Source: Scenedesmus sp. PABB004
Taxonomy: Eukaryota
Direction: 5' to 3'
Length of the DNA: 64,000 nucleotides
Assembly (NCBI GenBank): GCA_014905635.1
Contig: JABVCE010000016.1
Coordinates: forward strand, 186,001-250,000
The translations under genes and the position numbers were made by a program. Each line of letters starts with the position of its first letter. Position 1 is the first letter of the stretch. Under the pieces are notes generated by a model. The model saw only the letters and a program-made list of their open reading frames with translations. It searched no databases and was not told the DNA's origin. Positions 58,719-64,000 of this stretch are shown here, piece by piece.

Positions 58719-59999
58719 CCCGGCGCGGCGCCGCGCGGCGTGGGCGCGGTGCTGCCGGCGTCCGCGCTCGGCGGCGGCGCCGGCGGCGCGGAGCGCGCGC
58801 CGGCGGCCGCGCCGGCCGCACCAGCTGCCAGGGCGCCGGCGGCCGCGGCGGCCGGCGGCGGGCCGCCGAGCCTCGCGGAGACGCTGAAGCAGGCGGCCGC
58901 CGCGGCGGCCGGCGGCGCCGGCGCAGCGGCGCCGGCGGCCGCGCCACGGGCGAGCAAGACGCTCGTTCCGCTCATTCCGGGGGCCAAGGCGAAGCAGCAG
59001 CAGCCCGGCGCACCGCCGCGCGCGGGCGCGGGCGCGGGCGCCGCGGCGCCGCGGCCGCTCGAGGTGGCCAAGAGCGCGGCGCCGGCGGGGCGCAAGGCGG
59101 GCGCGGAGCAGCTGGCGTCGCCGACCGGCCCGGCGCCGCCGTCGCTGGTCAAGCTGGGGCACGGCCCCGCCGCAGAGGCGGCGGCGGGCGACGGCGAGCC
59201 CGGCGCGGGCCAGCTCAAGCTGCCCGGCGGCGTCGGCAGCGCGGGCGCCAGCGAGCAGCGGCAGGCGCTGCGCGACCGCAGCAGCTTCTTTGCCGTGCTG
59301 CGCCGAAAGACGAGCGGCCTCGTGGGCGGCGGCGGCAGCGGCGACGGCGGCGCGGAGCCGCCCGCCGCGCCCCAGCAGGCGGGCGGCAGCGCCGACGCCG
59401 CGCACAGCGGCGGCGGCGCGGCGGCAGACCAGGACGCCAGCGGCGGCGGCGGCAGCGCCGGCGCCGGCTGCGGCGCCGGGCAGCGGGAGGAGCAGCAGCC
59501 GGCCCAGCAGCACCCGGACCAGGGCGAGCGCGCGGCGCAGGAGGCCGCCGCCGGTGCCGCCGGCAGCGCGGCCGACACCGGCGAGCCGCGCTGGGACGGC
59601 GCGCCCGAGGAGGAGGAGGCGTTCCTGCGCTCGCTCGGCTGGACGGCGCTGTCGTCGGACGACGACGAGGAGTGGGGCCTGACCGCGGACGAGATCGCAG
59701 CCTTTCAGGCCGCGGCCAACGCGCGGGCGGCGGCGGCGGGCCAGGCGCCGCGCCCGGCGCAGCCGCAGCGCGCGCACCGGGCGGCGGCCGGCGCGCTGCA
59801 GGGCGGCGATGCCCTGCTCGCCGCCAAGCGGCTCGCCGCGGGCGGCGGGCTCGCGCTCGGCGCGGGCGGCGCGGCCGCCGAGGCGCAGGCGTGCGGGCTG
59901 CTGCTGGGCCTGTACCTGCCGCCCGCAGCCGAACTGCTGGGCCTCGGTTTTGGGGCCTACGACGACAGCGGGAGCAGCAGCAGTGACGACGAGGAGTGA
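57843..59999 (+). CDS. Disordered protein with vasculin/GPBP1-like short motifs; intron 57934-58116
   Basis: LAPQWL, DFPTLN, DRSSFFAVLRRK, EEEAFLRSLGW..LTADEIAAF, terminal SSSSDDEE. Confidence 0.62.
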
Positions 60000-60337
60000 C
60001 GCGGAGCGAGGACGGACTTGCATTGAGTTGACTGCGCGAAGAACAGGAATCGTTCAACACATCTTCACCAAGAATGCGGCTCGAGGAGGCCCCCGGCGGC
60101 GCGCGAGAGCGCGCGCAGACTTGTACAAAGTGGGGCGTCGGGAGGGCCGGCGCGTGTATACCTCAGAGCCGCGGTTGACTGCCGCCGCCGTTGGCGCCGC
60201 CGTTGGCGCCGGGACCATCTGTTGCTGCGCGGCGCGGCGCCGGGCCCGCGGGCATGGCATGTAACCGGGCGAATCGGGGAGTGGAGCGTGCGGGCCAACA
60301 CGGGAGCGGCAGAATGGGTTGCGCCCGGCGCACTCGC

Positions 60338-61333
60338 TCACGGCGGCAGCTCCTCGCCCGCAGCCAGCCCCGGCGGCGGCGGCAGCGCCCGGTCTCCGCT
60401 CCCGCCCTCGTCGTACGACAGGGCGGCACCAGGCACGTTCAATCCGCTTTTCAGCGCTTCTTTGCCAGTGCTGACCCACCTGCGAAGTGTCGTGCGGTGC
60501 CGTCAGCGCGTGCCAGCGGCAGGGCGAGGTCAGTCGGGCGGTGCGAGCAGCGCCTGCCCGCAGCACGGGCCGGCCCGCACGCACCGCCCGGGCGGCGGCC
60601 GCCGCTTGCCCGACGGCGACCACACCTGCGCCCGGCGCGGCGGCGCGGGCGGGCGCAGTGTGGCGCGGCGACGCGACTGCCTGCGGCTCGCCAGCAGCTC
60701 GGCAGCGGGGCCGAGGCCGGGCGGGCGCGTCTGCTGCGGCCCCCACCTCGCTCCAGCCGGCATAGCCGCCCTCCAGCTTCACCACGCTCGCAAACGCGGC
60801 GCCCGCCAGCTCCGCCAGCGCCGCCTCGGACAGCGCGCCGCCGTCGGCGCACATCTGCGCGCAGGTGCGGGAGGCCGCGCAGCACGTCGAGCATGAGCGC
60901 CCCTGCGCGGCCGCGCTTGGCGCCGCCGCCGCCGCCGCCGCCGCTGCGTGCGCCGCGACAGGCGCAGTGCCCGCACCACAAGGAGCTTCGCGCCCCTGCC
61001 CGCCACCGCCGCCGCGTCGTCCGCGAAGCCCGGGTTGCGCGTCGCGCCGTCGTCGAGCACGGCCGGCGCGTTGACGCAGCAGCGCACGGGCTTGGTGATG
61101 TGGCCGCGGTCGTACTCACGCGCAGACCTGATGTCAAGTATCTTCCAGCCCTCCCGGTCGATCAATCGCCTGGCCTCCTCCGCGCCCACGCTGCCGCCGG
61201 CCGCGGCGGCGCAGCGCAGCGGCGCGCGCGCGCGTGGTGCCGCCGCCGCTGGCGCGGACGCCCAGGAGCAGCGGCGCGCCGGTGCTGCGGCGCCTGCGCG
61301 CCGCTGCTGCGGCCGGACGCCCAGCTGCTGCAT
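60338..61333 (-). CDS. Rhodanese-like domain protein, plastid; 4 exons
   Basis: ILDIRSAREYDRGHI, LLVMCADG, LEGGYAGW, transit-like N-terminus. Confidence 0.82.
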
Positions 61334-61874
61334 CACGCTCCTCAGCTTGGGGGTCCGCGCGTTGCCTGCGCGAGCTGGGCGAGCACCGGACGCGGCGGCA
61401 GAGGCGGCGCAGCAGATGGCGAGCAGCGGCGAGCGCGCGGCCGGCTGGGGCGCAGGACGGGTCGCGCGCTGGTCGCGTATGGACGAGAGCGAAGTGCCCG
61501 TGCCTGGGGCGAACGCGCAACCCTGGGCTGCTGCGGTTCAGGGCCAGGCGCCGCCGCTGTGCCGCGACCGACCGCCCGCCGGCGCCGGGACAGTAATTGG
61601 TCGCCCGCTGCTGCCCGCGTGGTGCCAGAGCTCGGAGCCGGTCACAGCTGCGCAGCAGGCGGCAGCGCGGAGCCGGCCGACCGCGTTGCCTCGCGCCCGC
61701 GCGCCAGCCCGCCTCACCCCCGGGAGCGGCTCGAGCGCTCCCCCTGCCCCCGCTCCCGCCCGGCCGCGCGCACCGCACGCGCCGCGGCGCCGCCGCCGCG
61801 CGCCCGCAGCACGCCCGGCGCGGCCGGGGTCCGGTGTCCCGCGCAGCCACGCGGGTCCGACGTTCACATGTCGG

Positions 61875-62259
61875 TCACGCGTACTGCTCGTGCAGCGCGG
61901 TGATGACGTAGAGCGAGCTCCAAAAGGTCGCCATGACGGCGAGCGCGGCGCCCGGCGCCGAGCCCCACGCGAGCGCGGCGAGGCCCCAGACCGTGAGCGC
62001 GCTGCCGACGTACTGCGGGTGCGCCACGGCGTCAAACGGCCACCCGTGCGCCCAGGGAATGACCTTGCCGAGCTTGAAGCCGTAGTACACGCCGTCGTGG
62101 CCGATCGCTGCAAAGGTGCCCACGTTCAGGCTCTGCCCGAACGCGGCGAGCAGCAGGAAGGCGAGCCAGCGCCAGAGCGGCACCGCGCCGAGGTCGAGGC
62201 ACAGCCCCCGCGCGCGCAGGCCCGCGAACCAGAGCAGCACGAACGACGCCTGCAGCACT

Positions 62260-62302
<43 letters not shown>

Positions 62303-62576
62303 TCGTTCGCCGCGGCGGCAGCGGCGGCAGCGGCGGCGGTCCGGGCCGCGCCCCCGCCGCCGCCGCCTCACCCTTGCCCAGCGCGCCCGCTTGGGCGAAG
62401 CGATCGACGGGCTGCTTGGGGAAGAGGGACATCCAGAGGGCCGGCCGGAACCAGATCAGCGCGTAGAGAAAGTGCGGCGCCGCGACCGCCATCATCGTCG
62501 CCAGCGCGCTCGGCGCGAGCAGCTCCGGCCGCTGGCAGGTCGCGAGCCGCACGAGGTCCTCCGTCACCGCCTCCAT
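61875..62576 (-). CDS. PLMT: Phospholipid N-methyltransferase (PEMT/PLMT family); one intron approx. 62371-62258
   Basis: PHFLYALIWFRP, GQSLNVG..IGHDGVYYGFKLGKVIPW..WPF..HPQYVGS. Confidence 0.88.
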
Positions 62577-62917
62577 GGCTGCTGCGGCGGCTCCCTGCCA
62601 GGCGCTCGAGGATGCCGCCGCGCCGCCGCTGCCGCCGCTGCCGCTGCCGCTGCGCCGGCGCGCTCGGGCCAATCGCAGGGGCTCGCTGCGGCTGGCGGGT
62701 CGCGCCGCGCTGTGCGTGCGAGGCGGCGGGGATCCTGAGAGCGGGAGCCGCAGCGGGCAGCGCGGCGCTGGACCGCCAGGGGTTCGCACCGACGCCACGC
62801 GCGTTCGTCACTCGGGCACGCCCACCGCCCCGCGCGGCGAAGCTGCCCTGACTCCTTGTGCACCGTGCGCGCCTTGCGACTGGCGCGCCTGCACACACGC
62901 GCGCACCACCACGTGCC

Positions 62918-62995
62918 TCAGCGCGCGGCGGCCGCGCCTGCTGGCGCGCGGCGTTGCAGCCGGAACGCGCGCCAGTCCTCCTCGTCGCTGCTGCT

Positions 62996-63050
<55 letters not shown>

Positions 63051-63919
63051 CCTGCGGCCAGCGCGTGCGACTCGACGCCAGGCCGCCCCGCCGCCGTGAT
63101 GATGCGCTCGGCGCCCGGCTCGGCGCCCGCGGCGGTGCGCTCGCGCAGGTCGAGCGCGACGGTGGGCCGCTCGGGCTGCCACACGCGCAGGACGAGGCCC
63201 TTGGCGCTGGCCGCGCCGCCCCTGGCGCCGCCGGCCGGCGCCGGCGCGCCGAGGCTGCCCGCCTGGCGCGGCGGCGACGGCGACGACGCAGCGCGCGCCC
63301 AGCGCGGCGTGTAGCTACAGGCGGGCGCGGGCTGCCGCGCACCCGCGTCCTGCGGGCACGCGCGCTGCTCCAGCTCCCGCGGCGGCGCCGCCTCCGCCTC
63401 CGCCTCCGCCTCCGCCTCCGCCTCCGCCTCCGCCTCCGCCTCCGCCTCCGCCTCCGTCCCCGCGTCGCGTGCGGGCGCCGCGGCCACGCCCGCGCTGCTG
63501 CTGCTGCTGCTGCTCCCTGCCGCGCCCGCCCGCGCGGCTGCCGCCGCCAGCCGCAGCAGCAGGCCGTCCAGCTCCCTGTCGGGCAGGCCGCCGCGCAGCA
63601 CCAGCGGCGCGCCCTGGGCCGCCGCTGCGTCGGCAGCCGGCGCCGCCGGGGGCTCGGCGCGGGCTCGCGCGCCTGCGGGCGCTGCCGGCGGGCTCGCGGG
63701 CGCCGCGCCCTCCGCGGCAGCACGGCGCGGCGGCGATGTGGGTGCGGCCTCGCGCGGGCCGCCGAGCGCTGGCACCGCCTCCCCCTCGGCTGCGAGCGCC
63801 TCCAGCGCCTCCGCCGCCGTGCCCGCCAGGCCGGTCAGCAGCGGCCGCGGGCTGCTGCCCTCGTCGTCGGACGAGTCGCTGGCGGCGCCGGCGAGCGAGG
63901 GCAGCGCGCCGGGGAGCAT
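62918..63919 (-). CDS. Hypothetical low-complexity protein, probably the 3' part of a gene starting beyond the window
   Basis: Open frame with acidic patches, (EA)n and (DG)n tracts and coding-like composition. No recognised domain. Confidence 0.5.
62997..63046. repeat. (TCGCCG)n hexamer microsatellite, encoding (DG)n
   Basis: Perfect tandem hexamers. Confidence 0.9.
63388..63455. repeat. (GCCTCC)n hexamer microsatellite, encoding (EA)n
   Basis: Perfect tandem hexamers. Confidence 0.9.
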
Positions 63920-64000
63920 GCTGGCGCCCGCGCCGGGCGAGCGGCGGCAAGCGCCGGCGGCGGGGCCGGCAGCGCGCGTGGGCTGGCGGGGCGGTGCACC

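Noticed and set aside
1..64000. Hundreds of long overlapping Arg/Ala/Pro-rich ORFs in the supplied track
   Set aside because: These are shadow frames caused by stop-codon scarcity at very high GC. The real genes are spliced subsets with recognisable motifs.

Overview
This is intron-rich eukaryotic nuclear DNA, roughly 80% GC by eye and very gene-dense. The GTGCG/GCGCG donors, CGCAG acceptors, CTGAC/CTCAC branch points, TGTAA poly(A) signals and plastid-targeted proteins point to a chlorophyte green alga, probably Sphaeropleales-like (inference). I can support 25 spliced protein-coding genes: ASCC1/AKAP7-like 2H phosphoesterase (partial), HAL-fused HisRS, FG-GAP secreted protein, ankyrin protein, DNAJC2/zuotin/GlsA, TPR-esterase, COQ2, thiolase-like, SUA5, algal bZIP-like, SMYD, small GPI-like protein, DUF1118, METTL21-like methyltransferase, DUF1764, LRR-receptor cyclase, COQ4, NOG1-like GTPase, DUF2358, TEX2-like, IspE, vasculin-like, rhodanese, PLMT and a partial hypothetical gene. 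Five signals stand out. (1) Three paralogous box C/D snoRNA-like RNAs sit in HisRS intron 3, with a shared D' guide and divergent D guides. (2) A ~0.5 kb direct repeat brackets a bZIP-like gene and duplicates the SUA5 3' end plus the upstream region of the SMYD gene. (3) A phosphoglycerate kinase C-terminal fragment lies inside a methyltransferase intron, in frame with exon 1. (4) An LRR-TM receptor carries two complementary half-site class III cyclase domains. (5) GC-AG introns are unusually frequent. Exon coordinates were read by eye, and family calls rest on recognised motifs, not database searches.
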